Origin: an uncultured Acidimicrobiia bacterium
GTDB taxonomy: Bacteria; Acidobacteriota; Terriglobia; Versatilivoradales; Versatilivoraceae
Direction of reading: 5' to 3'
NCBI GenBank assembly: GCA_963786955.1
Contig: CAWBAT010000005.1
Coordinates: forward strand, 1,399,759-1,463,758
Length of the DNA stretch: 64,000 nt
Shown: positions 39,575 to 49,321 of the stretch, in pieces
Numbering within the stretch: position 1 is the stretch's first letter
How the letters are laid out: every line of letters starts with the position of its first letter
Notes under the pieces: generated by a model
What the model saw: only the letters and a program-made list of their open reading frames with translations
What the model was told of the DNA's origin: nothing
Databases searched by the model: none
Position numbers and translations under genes: made by a program

Positions 39575-39718
39575 TCGGAAAATATGATGGTAATGGACAT
39601 GCTGCCAGAAAGGAAAATAGAAAAGAGAGCTCTCAGATTGGAGAGATGATGCGACACTCATCTCGTTCCGATTTTACTATAATTATCTAGAGCCTAGTGT
39701 CGAGGGGATTATCCACGC

Positions 39719-40051
39719 CTAATATTTCCTGAGGAGGGCACGTCCTGGCTGAGCGAGTTCTCGTTGTCTCTTGCGCCGATCTTGAATCACCCCGTGCTCA
39801 AGGAGAACAACAACAATGCGGCCATACTTTTCGTCCAGGACGCGCATGATGTCGGCAATTGACAACTTGTGGTTAACGAAGAGATTGCAGATGGTCATTC
39901 TTCGTTTGGTGCTCGGATCCAATGAGAAACCATTCGGAGGCTGAGCGAAAGTGTTTCGCTTGACCTTGAACCCGTCCCTTTCCATCGCTTCGAACTGGGT
40001 CATGAGATTGTCATCCAGCGGCAGTAAGCGCAACCTCAACCTGATGGTCAA
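39719..40051 (-). CDS. Hypothetical protein (possible start MTQFEAM at 40003)
   Basis: 110-aa ORF overlapping the 3' end of the DUF2934 gene. Basic C-terminus. No family recognised. Confidence 0.35.
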   Translation of the reverse strand: MTIRLRLRLLPLDDNLMTQFEAMERDGFKVKRNTFAQPPNGFSLDPSTKRRMTICNLFVNHKLSIADIMRVLDEKYGRIVVVLLEHGVIQDRRKRQRELAQPGRALLRKY

Positions 40052-40226
40052 ACTGGCTAAGAAATTCCTGCTCAGCTTGCAACCAATCCTGCATGTGAAA
40101 ACCGTCTAAATACCCTCTTGTCTCATACAGTTGATAGGCGCGTTGGGCGATCAGCTCGTGGAATAAATCCTCGTTCAGCGATTCGTTTTCGAGTGGGCTC
40201 ATTTCGATTCTCCCGCATAGGATCAA
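40011..40226 (-). CDS. DUF2934-family small protein
   Basis: IAQRAYQLYETRGYLDGFHMQDWLQAEQE matches the DUF2934 signature (A..rAY.ly..RG...G...dDWl.AE). Confidence 0.5.
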   Translation of the reverse strand: MILCGRIEMSPLENESLNEDLFHELIAQRAYQLYETRGYLDGFHMQDWLQAEQEFLSQFDHQVEVALTAAG

Positions 40227-40411
40227 CCTCCATCTTGTCTGGCAAAGTTATGAAAATATGTTTTCGAAAAAGTTCCTCCTCCGATGAAACTCGAGGACAA
40301 GATTCAAAGGAAGAAGAAGACTCGGAGAGGAGCTTAATTCGGCTTAGTCAATAGAATCAGGCATTCGAGAACTCGGCACTACGTGAGGATCAGGCCTTAA
40401 AAGGAGTTGAA

Positions 40412-41649
40412 TTAGTTCTTCAGCGTGATCGACCCGATAACACGGGTCTTACCGTATTGGTCGTCGAAGCCGTAGGCTGTGATCTTTACCTTACCGTTCT
40501 CAAAGACCTTACCTTAGCCCACGCATAGTCTCGGTCGGTACTAGGGCTCACAGTCGTGTCAGTGGGTGCGGCTTCAAACGGGGAGCCGCCCGAACCAACC
40601 AGAATTTGCCAGGCCTTCCCACCTTGAGTGGCGCGTGGCTGAGACAAGTGGAAAATATGTTCGTGTCCACAGAAGTAAGTTGCGCCGTATTGCTCGATCA
40701 AGTCCCAAAAAGCGTCTCGACTCACGACATCGTTGTCTAGCCCGGACGGTGACGCGGGCAGCGGGGCGATTGCACCGTAATAGTACGTGTAGGCGGGTTG
40801 CGGCCAAAAACAAAGAAATGCTGTGCACCACGCCCCTGGGCTGCCGAGAGGTCGTCGGCGAGCCATTTGACGGAGCATGCGCGTCTTTGCCGACCGGATC
40901 AGTGTTAATGACGACAGAAATGCAAACCCCGGAAGTCAAAGCTGTAGGAGAGCTGAGTCTGATCGGTCGTAAGACCGTCTGTCGCGCTTCGATTGTCGCC
41001 GGTGGCCTCATACGAGGGCTTCTCACCGAAAAGATTTTGGAACCGTGTATCATCTAGGATCAGATCCCCCATATTCTGGCGCCAAACTCCTCGTTTTCCT
41101 GCATGGCGTGCTTGCCGCTGACACCACCGCACCCGCTTTCGCTGACTGCGTCATTGCACTGGGTTTCGTGATTGCCGGGTACGGGCACAACATACGTTCC
41201 TGTCTCCATCAAATTTGCAACCATGCCTCGCCAGAACCCGTATTGCCGGTAAAACTTCATCAAGTCGGAGCCTATGACCCCATCGACGGTAGCAGCGTTT
41301 AGCGGAATAGTCGCGTTGCCGTATCCCATGATCATATCCCCGTTGAAGAACAGGAGGTCAGACTTCTGGGCCTGAATCAGCGCATGATCCGCGACCAGGC
41401 TTTGGTATTTTGAAGCCAAATCTTGTCCTGACTAGAGAGCGGCGAGGTTGTCGAGTCGAACTTTTTCGGATCCTGACGGGAGTCGCCTACGGTTGAGAAC
41501 GAAAGGGCGACCTAATCCCGATCGTCGTCCCCCTCGTCTTTTTCATGATCGGCAGACAACGGAATAGGGTGCAGCGTGAGAGTGGCGTACGCTAGAGCAA
41601 CCAAGATGAATGCTTTTCCCGCCGTTGCGGTGCGGTTGAACCATTTCAT
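40412..41649 (-). pseudogene. Secreted calcineurin-like metallophosphoesterase, at least 5 frameshifts
   Basis: Signal peptide MKWFNRTATAGKAFILVALA and RBS GGAGG. The motifs VGDSRQD, FFNGDMIMGYG, VPGNHE and FCGHEH are distributed over frames 0>1>2>1>0>1. Confidence 0.65.
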
Positions 41650-41779
41650 GTGAAGCCTCCTTTTTTGTTGAACCATCGATGTGTAGAAGATGAACTGCAA
41701 AGGATGGAGTGGGAAGTGTTGGCAATCGCAGCCCAGTCCAAAAATAAATCAACGGGAGGCTACGGACCCAATTGCATCC

Positions 41780-41808
41780 ATGTGAAGAATTCTTGAAGGC
41801 TGTGTTAA
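41780..41808 (-). promoter_or_regulatory. Candidate Pho box upstream of the metallophosphoesterase
   Basis: The + strand has atgtgaa (41780), tcttgaa (41791) and gtgttaa (41802). On the minus strand these are TTAACAC, TTCAAGA and TTCACAT at 11-bp phasing. Confidence 0.5.
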
Positions 41809-42040
41809 AACTGCAGAGAGAAACCGAAAAAGATGGGTCGAAATGGATTGAGGGTTTTGTAACCGTTGAATTTGATTGTCGGGAAAAATTATCGGAAGAT
41901 TTTTCAGCTAGGAAATGCAGAAGGATCTTTTCCGGGAAACAACAAATATAATTCACAAATAATCTATCTGGCCCTCTTCCATATTATTCTCTAGCAGCTT
42001 GTCCCTAAGGATGAGCGGCTCGGGTTGGGCTTCCAATTCA

Positions 42041-44174
42041 TCAATCACCAATTTCCGACAAATCGCTTATTTTCTGGCTGGTTTTATTCATCAAGTAGTT
42101 TTGCGACCCGATCCTATGGGGGCTGTCATGCTTGCCTTCGGGTTTCCGTTGCAGATAGCTGCCATCGGATTGCATGTCCCAAGCACTTCGTTGGTCGTAG
42201 AGATGGATCTGCAGGATCCCCCAGATTTCCTCTCGCAATAAGGCATTCTCTATCGGAGTGACCGCTTCGACTCGATGCTCCAAATTCCGGTGCATCCAGT
42301 CTCCGGATCCAATATAGAATTCCCCGTCCGGGTCCTTTTCGGCGCCGTTGCGGAAGTAGAAGATCCGGGAGTGTTCAAGAAAGCGCCCGATGATTGAAAT
42401 CACGCGGATATTTTCGCTCAGGTTGGGAACTTGCGGCCGTAAAATGCAAAACCCTCGCACGATAAGGTCGATCGAGACTCCTTCTGCGCTGGCTGCGTAG
42501 AGCGCCTTGCACACATCGCGGTCCTCTAGTTGGTTCAACTTGGCTATGATCTGGGCAGGACGGCCAGCCTTCTTATGCTCGACCTCTCTAGTGATCATTT
42601 CCAGAAACCGGCTCTTCATATTGGCCGGGGCTATAAGCAATTTACGGTAATCTGTTTTCCGGCTCCTTCCCGTGAGATAGTTGAAAAGGTCGGCCAAATC
42701 GACGGTAAAATCAGCATGGCAGGTCATTAGTCCCAAATCCACATAAAATTGGGCAGTATGATGGTTGTAATTGCCAGTGGCAATGTGGCCATAACAACGA
42801 GTCCCATTGCCCTCCTGCCGGACTATCAGTGTGGTCTTGGTATGGGTTTTCAGTCCTTCTAGACCGTAGACGACATGGACGCCAGCTTTTTCCATCCGTT
42901 TGGCCAGTAAGATGTTTCCTCCTCATCAAATCTCGCCTTGAGTTCCACGAGGCACGCTACCTGCTTCCCGGTTTCGGCAGCTCGGATGAGCAGAGGGATG
43001 AAAGGACTGTCTTTTCCCGTCCGGTAAATAGTCATCTTGATTGCCAGAACGGCAGGATCTTCGACCGCCTCCTTCAGCATGCGGAGCACGGTCCCGTCAA
43101 AAGATTCGTAGGGATGATGGACAAGCAGATCTCCCGACTGAATGACATCGAAGATGCTCCGCTCAGAATGGCGCACCCTTTCTGGGATCCGTGGCCGCCA
43201 AGGTGGGTATCGGAGGTGAACATAGGGGAGGGAGGCGATGATGCGAAGGCTGGTGAAGTCCAGCAGACCAGACATCTCGAAGACGTCATGGGGGCCGATC
43301 TCCAATTCCTCAATGAGGAGTTGCCGCATTTCCGGATTGGGATTGGATGGGAGCTCCAGCCGCACCACACATTCCATCCTCCGATGACGTAGTTGCTCTT
43401 CAACGGCTTGGAGCAGATCCTCGACGTCTTCGAGATCGCTTTCTACATCGGCATTGCGAGTAACGCGGAAAGGCATGACGATGTCCAGGGGGATTTCAGG
43501 AAACAACCATTCCAAGTGGTGTTCAATCAATTCCATCCGGTGAATGTATCTACATACGCTTTCCCAACAATTATCGATCTTGATCCATTGCGGAATAGTG
43601 CCGGACACTTAACTCGCGCAAATGATAATTTCCCCCGTTTGTGGGTGGGGAGCGTCAGTCCCAATGAGGTGGAGAGGTTGGAGATAAAAGGGAAAGGATG
43701 CCCAAGATCAACAGAAAGTGGCGTCAGTACTGGAAAGATGGTTTTCTCGAACGGGGGTGGCAGAGTTCCTCTTCTCCGCTGGTGAGACCTTCCCAGTCAA
43801 GCAAATGGATACCTTGCTCTGCCCAGTGCTGGCCGAATGTTATTCAGGTAGACCTCTGCCTGCTGATTGACGAGAGACTGGATGGTCGACCGCATTGTGG
43901 TGAGTAATTCCAGGGGCGTTTTTTGATCGGGTGAACTGAAACTAACGCCGGCTCGAATCTGCTCCCGCAAACCATAGACCCGCTTCATAACAAATTCGTC
44001 AAGGTTCGATGTGAAAATGGCTAGGAAATTGACGCGTTCCAGAAGCGGCGTGCGTTCATCAAGTGCTTCATGGAGCACGCGGCGATTGAACTCCAGCCAA
44101 TTCAAATCGCGATCAAAGAATAGTGGCGTTCCCAGTTTGGTCAGAGGCGAAAGGGATAAATTGGTTGTGGTCAC
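42041..44174 (-). pseudogene. ppk: Polyphosphate kinase 1, at least 4 frameshifts
   Basis: N-terminal [55 protein letters not shown] and C-terminal HTKTTLIVR...IGSGDWMHRNL are spread over several frames. There is a compensating pair around 43755-43825 (one shift in a G5/C5 run at 43753-43757), one at ~43610 and one at ~42900. Confidence 0.75.
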
Positions 44175-44217
44175 AGAAAACCTCTATGCCGCATTCGTCC
44201 ACCCTGACATAGGACGG

Positions 44218-44254
44218 TTAACAGGATATGAAATCCGTATTAATTTGAATTGAA
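44218..44254 (-). promoter_or_regulatory. Candidate Pho box upstream of ppk
   Basis: The + strand has ttaa (44218), tgaa (44229), ttaa (44240) and tgaa (44251): four half-sites at exact 11-bp phasing, 44-80 bp upstream of ATG 44174. Confidence 0.45.
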
Positions 44255-44378
44255 TTTCGCAGTATCCCTAGAATTTAAGGTGATAAATTGACCCTTTTTG
44301 CTCACCTTTCCCTCGGAAATGAGTACCTCCCATTGACCGCAAGAGAATTCTGAACTGTCCTCTGATTTCCGAAACGAA

Positions 44379-44416
44379 TTAACACGCTCTTCATCTCTCG
44401 AAAACGTGCCCTTCAT
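44379..44416 (+). promoter_or_regulatory. Pho-box-like phased half-sites TTAACAC-N4-TTCAT-N17-TTCAT upstream of receiver 2
   Basis: Half-sites at 44379, 44390 and 44412. Same spacing and flanks as 12383-12420. Confidence 0.4.
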
Positions 44417-44577
44417 GCATCTCGGTTATTCTTTCATTGTTGACCGGAAATGTTGGGGAGTTGGTTCATGCATCCAGCCGAGCATCTCTAAACCCCGGAA
44501 TTGAAAACAAACTAAAACGGAACAATCGAGTCCGTCACATTTGTCTGAATGAGGCTGCAGAAAGAAAGGATGGAGCC

Positions 44578-45048
44578 ATGTTAAGCGCAGAAAATATGCA
44601 AATCAGATCCAGAACGAAAGTGATCAGAAAAGAAATGCCTCGCAAGAACATCCTGGTTGTGGGCCAAGAAGATCATCACCGGTTGCTGCTCGCGACTTTG
44701 CTCGCTGAAGAAGGCCACTCCGTCTTGTCGTGTAGTTCTGACGATGAGGCGTTAAAATTGATTCAAGGTGGGAGCATTCACTTCATCATTATCGATCATT
44801 TTGCTCCTGAGTTGGATGGATTGCGCTTATTGGAAAAAATCAAACAAAGTACAACTAGAGCGCCTGTACTCATGATTTCTGCGCAGTATGACGTTGAGCC
44901 TTACATTACGGCTATGAATCTGGGAGCTCTGGATTATTTCGGCAAGCCTATAGACTATGCCGACATTCAAAGAATTCTGAATACATACAATGGTCCCTAC
45001 TCCCAGACTAAACGCAAATACAATGTCGTCCTAGACGAGGAGTATTGA
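44578..45048 (+). CDS. Stand-alone CheY-like receiver domain protein (paralogue 2)
   Basis: ILVVGQEDHH..., acceptor Asp in FIIIDHFAPELDG, VLMISAQ and FGKP. ATG 44578 follows AAGGATGGAG. The ORF is open from TTG 44437. Confidence 0.75.
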   Translation: MLSAENMQIRSRTKVIRKEMPRKNILVVGQEDHHRLLLATLLAEEGHSVLSCSSDDEALKLIQGGSIHFIIIDHFAPELDGLRLLEKIKQSTTRAPVLMISAQYDVEPYITAMNLGALDYFGKPIDYADIQRILNTYNGPYSQTKRKYNVVLDEEY

Positions 45049-45149
45049 GTTGATGCCTCTTTAAAACGGTTTATCGGGAAGGTGTTTCTGCGTATTTCTG
45101 GCTCAATTGACTTTGCAGGTGCGAAGCATAAACCGCCCACAGAGGGCCG

Positions 45150-45336
45150 ATTAACCCGAATTCCGAAGTTGGGCGGGCATGATTTATCTCAATGGGCTGT
45201 TTTACCTGAGGCTTGCAAGACACGGACAAAGGGAAAAAGTATAGCGAGAGTTTGCGAATTTTGGTGGAACGCGCGCTCTGCCGCGCGTTCACTGAGCGTG
45301 CGCGCGGGGACAGCGGTCTTACGCGCACGCTCCACC
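45150..45336 (-). repeat. Composite ~190-bp intergenic repeat, copy B (inverted relative to copy A)
   Basis: attaacccgaattccgaagttgggcgggcat lies at 45150-45180. The spacer is similar to copy A, and the hairpin ggtggaacgcgcgc...cgcacgctccacc lies at 45263-45336. Confidence 0.7.
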
Positions 45337-45528
45337 TGGCGACACTCGCGCAATTTGGGAATTAAGGGAGAAGGGGCAAGGAAGATCTCTCTGCTCCGAA
45401 TTTAGAAAGTGAGTATCCTCAATTTCCACTATTCGATTTAGCCCTGATTTGCCTTTAGAATTCTGCATTGCGATCAAAAATCTTCCACATTGTCTATCAG
45501 CAATCACGGGAAATTCACAAAGAGACAG

Positions 45529-46212
45529 CTATTCATTACTAGCCAATGCCTTCTGTTCGGCATGGTGGCGAATATCGCGACCCAGTACCATATAGATGAC
45601 ATCCTCGGCGATATTTGTGGCGTGATCGGCGATTCTCTCCAGATTTCGCGATACAAGAATGAGATCCAAGGCTTGGAGAATATGGCGGGGATCTCGAATC
45701 ATGTGCGCGATTAATTCCCGGAATATCAAGTCTCGATAACTGTCCACTTCGTCGTCGCGCAACACGACCTGGCGGGCTAAATCCGTGTCCCGCCTGACGA
45801 ATGCATCCAAGGCATCTCTGACCATACCCTTAGCGATGTCGGCCATCCGAGGAATGTCAATCAACGGCTTCAGTGCAGGCTGAGCCACAATCGAAAGAGC
45901 CCGTTGAGCGATGTTGACAGCCTGATCCCCCATACGTTCCAGATCACTGTTGATCTTCATCGTTGCCGTAATGAATCGAAGATCCACGGCCATCGGTTGC
46001 TGCAGCGCCAGCAATTGGAGAGCGCGATCGTCCAGCTCCAGGTGGAGTTCATTGATCTGGGGTTCCATATCCACAAGCACCTGGGTCGCCAGGTTTTCAT
46101 TCCGGTTGTTTAGCCCTTCCAAACTGGTATGAATAGCCTTCTCCACCAGACTGCTCATGAAAAGCATGCGTTCCTTCAATTCTTCCAACTGATCTTCAAA
46201 ATGGCGATGCAT
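45529..46212 (-). CDS. phoU: Phosphate signalling complex protein PhoU
   Basis: 227 aa with two PhoU repeats carrying the E(D)xxxD-type motifs (DLERMGDQAVNIA, NLERIADHATNIAED). Directly downstream of pstB. Confidence 0.9.
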   Translation of the reverse strand: MHRHFEDQLEELKERMLFMSSLVEKAIHTSLEGLNNRNENLATQVLVDMEPQINELHLELDDRALQLLALQQPMAVDLRFITATMKINSDLERMGDQAVNIAQRALSIVAQPALKPLIDIPRMADIAKGMVRDALDAFVRRDTDLARQVVLRDDEVDSYRDLIFRELIAHMIRDPRHILQALDLILVSRNLERIADHATNIAEDVIYMVLGRDIRHHAEQKALASNE

Positions 46213-46223
46213 GGGACCTCCTC

Positions 46224-47063
46224 CTATCCAAATCGACCCGTGATGTAATCTTCTGTTTCTTTGCGCGACGGATTCGTAAACATTTTACTGGTGACATCCA
46301 TTTCAATGAGCTCTCCCATAAAGAAGAATGCCGTATAATCGGAAACCCGAGCGGCCTGCTGCATGTTGTGAGTCACAATGATAATGGTGTAGCTCCTTTT
46401 TAGCTCGAGGATGAGTTCCTCGATCTTCGCTGTGGAGATTGGATCCAATGCCGAGGCGGGTTCGTCCATGAGCAGCGTATCGGGCTTCACGGCCAGAGAT
46501 CGGGCAATACACAAGCGCTGCTGCTGACCTCCCGAAAGTCCGAGAGCGGAGCTGTCTAAACGATCCTTGACCTCATCCCAGATCGCCGCATCCCGCAAGC
46601 TCTTCTCCACAATCTCATCCAATTCGGACTTCTTTTTGGCGTAACCATTAATCTTGACGCCATAGGCAACATTTTCGTAGATCGATTTGGGAAAGGGATT
46701 GGACTTTTGAAAAATCATCCCCACTTTGCGTCGAAGGAGGATGGGGTCGACTGATTTTGCATAGATATCCTGCCCATCGATATAGATTTTCCCCGTCACA
46801 CGAGTACCCGGGACCAGATCATTCATACGATTCAGAGAACGCAGAAAAGTAGATTTTCCACAACCCGAAGGTCCGATCAAGGCAGTGATGTGTTTCTCTC
46901 TCACTTGCATACTGATCCCTGACAGCGCGCGGTTCTTACCATAATAAAAGTCCACGTTTTCGGCGACAACCTTACTGAGGACTTCCATGGGCTTTTTCTC
47001 CTCGGTCTTGGTCCTGAGTGGAATCTGTATGGCGAGTTTCCTAAAAGTTGTGCCGGTAGTCAT
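46224..47063 (-). CDS. pstB: Phosphate ABC transporter ATP-binding protein PstB
   Basis: Walker [10 protein letters not shown], signature [14 protein letters not shown], Walker B LLMDEPAS. Overlaps pstA by 4 nt. Confidence 0.9.
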   Translation of the reverse strand: MTTGTTFRKLAIQIPLRTKTEEKKPMEVLSKVVAENVDFYYGKNRALSGISMQVREKHITALIGPSGCGKSTFLRSLNRMNDLVPGTRVTGKIYIDGQDIYAKSVDPILLRRKVGMIFQKSNPFPKSIYENVAYGVKINGYAKKKSELDEIVEKSLRDAAIWDEVKDRLDSSALGLSGGQQQRLCIARSLAVKPDTLLMDEPASALDPISTAKIEELILELKRSYTIIIVTHNMQQAARVSDYTAFFFMGELIEMDVTSKMFTNPSRKETEDYITGRFG

Positions 47064-48133
47064 GCTCTTCTCCTCAATCGGGCTCGCATCTGGCTGCGAA
47101 TGATGATGGCAACGAGGTTCAAAAGAAAAGTCAAGGCCAGCAGGACAAATACCGTCGAATATAAGATCGGTTTGGTTTTTTCAACATCGGGAGATTGGGT
47201 AGAGAGAACGAAGATATGATAGCCCAACTCCATAAATTGCGAAGTCAATTTCTTGGGGAGTTCGGGCAGAAAATAAGCGGCTCCGGTAAACAAGATGGGC
47301 GCCACTTCTCCGGCTCCACGACTGACGGCTAGAATTCCTCCGGTCATAATTCCCGTCACGGCCTGGGGCAGCACGGTGTGGACAATGGTCTGGAATTTCG
47401 TAGCCCCCAAGGCCATGCTCGCCTCGCGCAATTCGTTTGGAATGGCCCGGAGGGTATCTTCGGTAGTAAGGATCACTACCGGCATGGTCAAAACCGCCAA
47501 AGTCAGTGCCGCCCAAATGATGGCCGGTTGTCCAAAAACGAGGCTTCCACCATAAAACAGCCGGTCAATATTCCCCCCCATGAATTTTACGAAGAACCCC
47601 AGACCGAACAATCCAAAAACAATGGAAGGGACACCTGCCAAGTTACTCACCGCCAAGCGAGTCGTCTTGTAAAGAATTGAACTGTGAGCACTGTATTCGT
47701 GTAGGTAAATCGCCACCATGACTCCAACGGGAACCACCGCTAACGTCATGAGGATCACGAGCAAAAGAGTGCCGTAGATAGCGGGGAAAATGCCTCCTGC
47801 CGTCATGCCTTCTTCAGGAGCCGCCGTGATAAACCGCCACGAAAGGTAATCTTTGCCATTCATGAAGATGTTCCCAATGATGAACGCTACCATCAATACA
47901 ATGATCAAGCAGGCTGAGCCCGTCAAGAGATAGAAGATTTTCCCAGGGACGTCGAGACGTTGTCTCATTTCGTCTTCCACAGGGGAATTGGACAAAGTCC
48001 CCCCCGGCGTGATCACTGGATTTGTGGAAACGATCATAAACCTTTCCTTATTGAGATCTTTAAGGTAGGGACGGCCCGCTGGGCTGTCCGCGACGCGACC
48101 ATCGGTCGCGCCCTGCCATTCCGAAATGTTCAA
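47060..48133 (-). CDS. pstA: Phosphate ABC transporter permease PstA
   Basis: Multi-TM permease with EAA-loop region ([15 protein letters not shown]). Position is second permease before pstB. The real start may be the internal MIVSTNP. Confidence 0.85.
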   Translation of the reverse strand: MNISEWQGATDGRVADSPAGRPYLKDLNKERFMIVSTNPVITPGGTLSNSPVEDEMRQRLDVPGKIFYLLTGSACLIIVLMVAFIIGNIFMNGKDYLSWRFITAAPEEGMTAGGIFPAIYGTLLLVILMTLAVVPVGVMVAIYLHEYSAHSSILYKTTRLAVSNLAGVPSIVFGLFGLGFFVKFMGGNIDRLFYGGSLVFGQPAIIWAALTLAVLTMPVVILTTEDTLRAIPNELREASMALGATKFQTIVHTVLPQAVTGIMTGGILAVSRGAGEVAPILFTGAAYFLPELPKKLTSQFMELGYHIFVLSTQSPDVEKTKPILYSTVFVLLALTFLLNLVAIIIRSQMRARLRRRA

Positions 48134-48214
48134 TCTTCAGGTGACGCGCCGCTGCGCCGTCCACCTAAATCTCAAGATGGGGGGCAACGCGTCCCTATCG
48201 CAGATCGCTAATGA

Positions 48215-49219
48215 TTATCGCCCCATCAATTTTCGCTTTAGCCTGGCTAAAAAGTATTCACCCATCATATTCAGCAAAAACGTCAGCACAAACAACATCG
48301 CCCCTAAGAAAAACAAAACATAATAATGAGGGCTATGAAAAACAACTTCACCCAGCTCGGCGGCGATAGTGGCAGAGATGGTGCGAACTGAGTCTGTCAG
48401 CTTGAGAGATGTGACGGCTGCATTACCGGAAGCCATCAGGACGACCATGGTTTCACCCATGGCCCGACCAAACCCAAGCACTAGGGCTGCAAAAATTCCG
48501 GGTGTCGCTGCAGGCAGCACGACAGACCAGGCCGTTTTCCAGGGGGCAACTCCCAATGCCAGCGAAGCTTCCCGGTAGGTGCGCGGAACAGAGGTGAGAG
48601 CGTCTTCGCTGACCGTATAAATGATCGGGATGATGGCCAGAGCCATCGCCACTCCTGCGGTAACGGCATTCAAACGGTAGTCGAAGCCAAATAAATCCTG
48701 AAGCCAGGTTGCAAGCACCAGGAGAGCCAAGAACCCTAATACCACAGAGGGAACGCCTGCCAGCAACTCGATGACCGGCTTGACAATCTCGCGGATCCGA
48801 TGATGAGCAAACTCTGCCGTGTAAATGGCCGCTGCAATTGCCAGAGGTGCCCCGAAGAGCAACGCAATGATCGTGACTTTGAGGGTTCCCAGGAAAAGAG
48901 GGAGAACACTGTACTTGGGAACCTCACCCACAGGTTGCCAGACAAAATGCAAAGGCCTCTCTTCAGTCCCGTAATTCTGAGGGGCAAAAAGATTACTCAG
49001 GCTGGCCTCTTTCTTAGTGTCTGGGTCGTAAAAGACAGGAATAGCCTCTTTCCCGACATAAATGAAAATGAGAAAAATAATTGAAATGGCCAAAATGGCA
49101 TTGAAAAGGATGAATTTCCCAAAAAGAAAATCTTTGAGACGGGCACCGGTCAGATGGCTGGAAAAAGAATTGGTATCGGCGACTCTCAGTTCAGAATTAA
49201 GCGGAACATTGATATTCAT
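48215..49219 (-). CDS. pstC: Phosphate ABC transporter permease PstC
   Basis: Multi-TM permease with ELLAGVPSVVLGF and YREASLALGVAPWKT. First permease after pstS. Confidence 0.85.
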   Translation of the reverse strand: MNINVPLNSELRVADTNSFSSHLTGARLKDFLFGKFILFNAILAISIIFLIFIYVGKEAIPVFYDPDTKKEASLSNLFAPQNYGTEERPLHFVWQPVGEVPKYSVLPLFLGTLKVTIIALLFGAPLAIAAAIYTAEFAHHRIREIVKPVIELLAGVPSVVLGFLALLVLATWLQDLFGFDYRLNAVTAGVAMALAIIPIIYTVSEDALTSVPRTYREASLALGVAPWKTAWSVVLPAATPGIFAALVLGFGRAMGETMVVLMASGNAAVTSLKLTDSVRTISATIAAELGEVVFHSPHYYVLFFLGAMLFVLTFLLNMMGEYFLARLKRKLMGR

Positions 49220-49321
49220 GGCAGTTGATCTGACCTGGAAAGAGAGGCTACAAAGGATCGGTAAGGTGATGAACTCTACAGCCGCCCTGATCCTTAAGTG
49301 CAGAAGCTTCAGGCTTACGGC

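Noticed and set aside
16666-44174. Stop-codon reassignment or programmed frameshifting as the explanation for the broken genes
   Set aside because: Consecutive fragments lie in different reading frames and end in TAA, TAG and TGA alike. The shift sites share no slippery heptamer or downstream structure.
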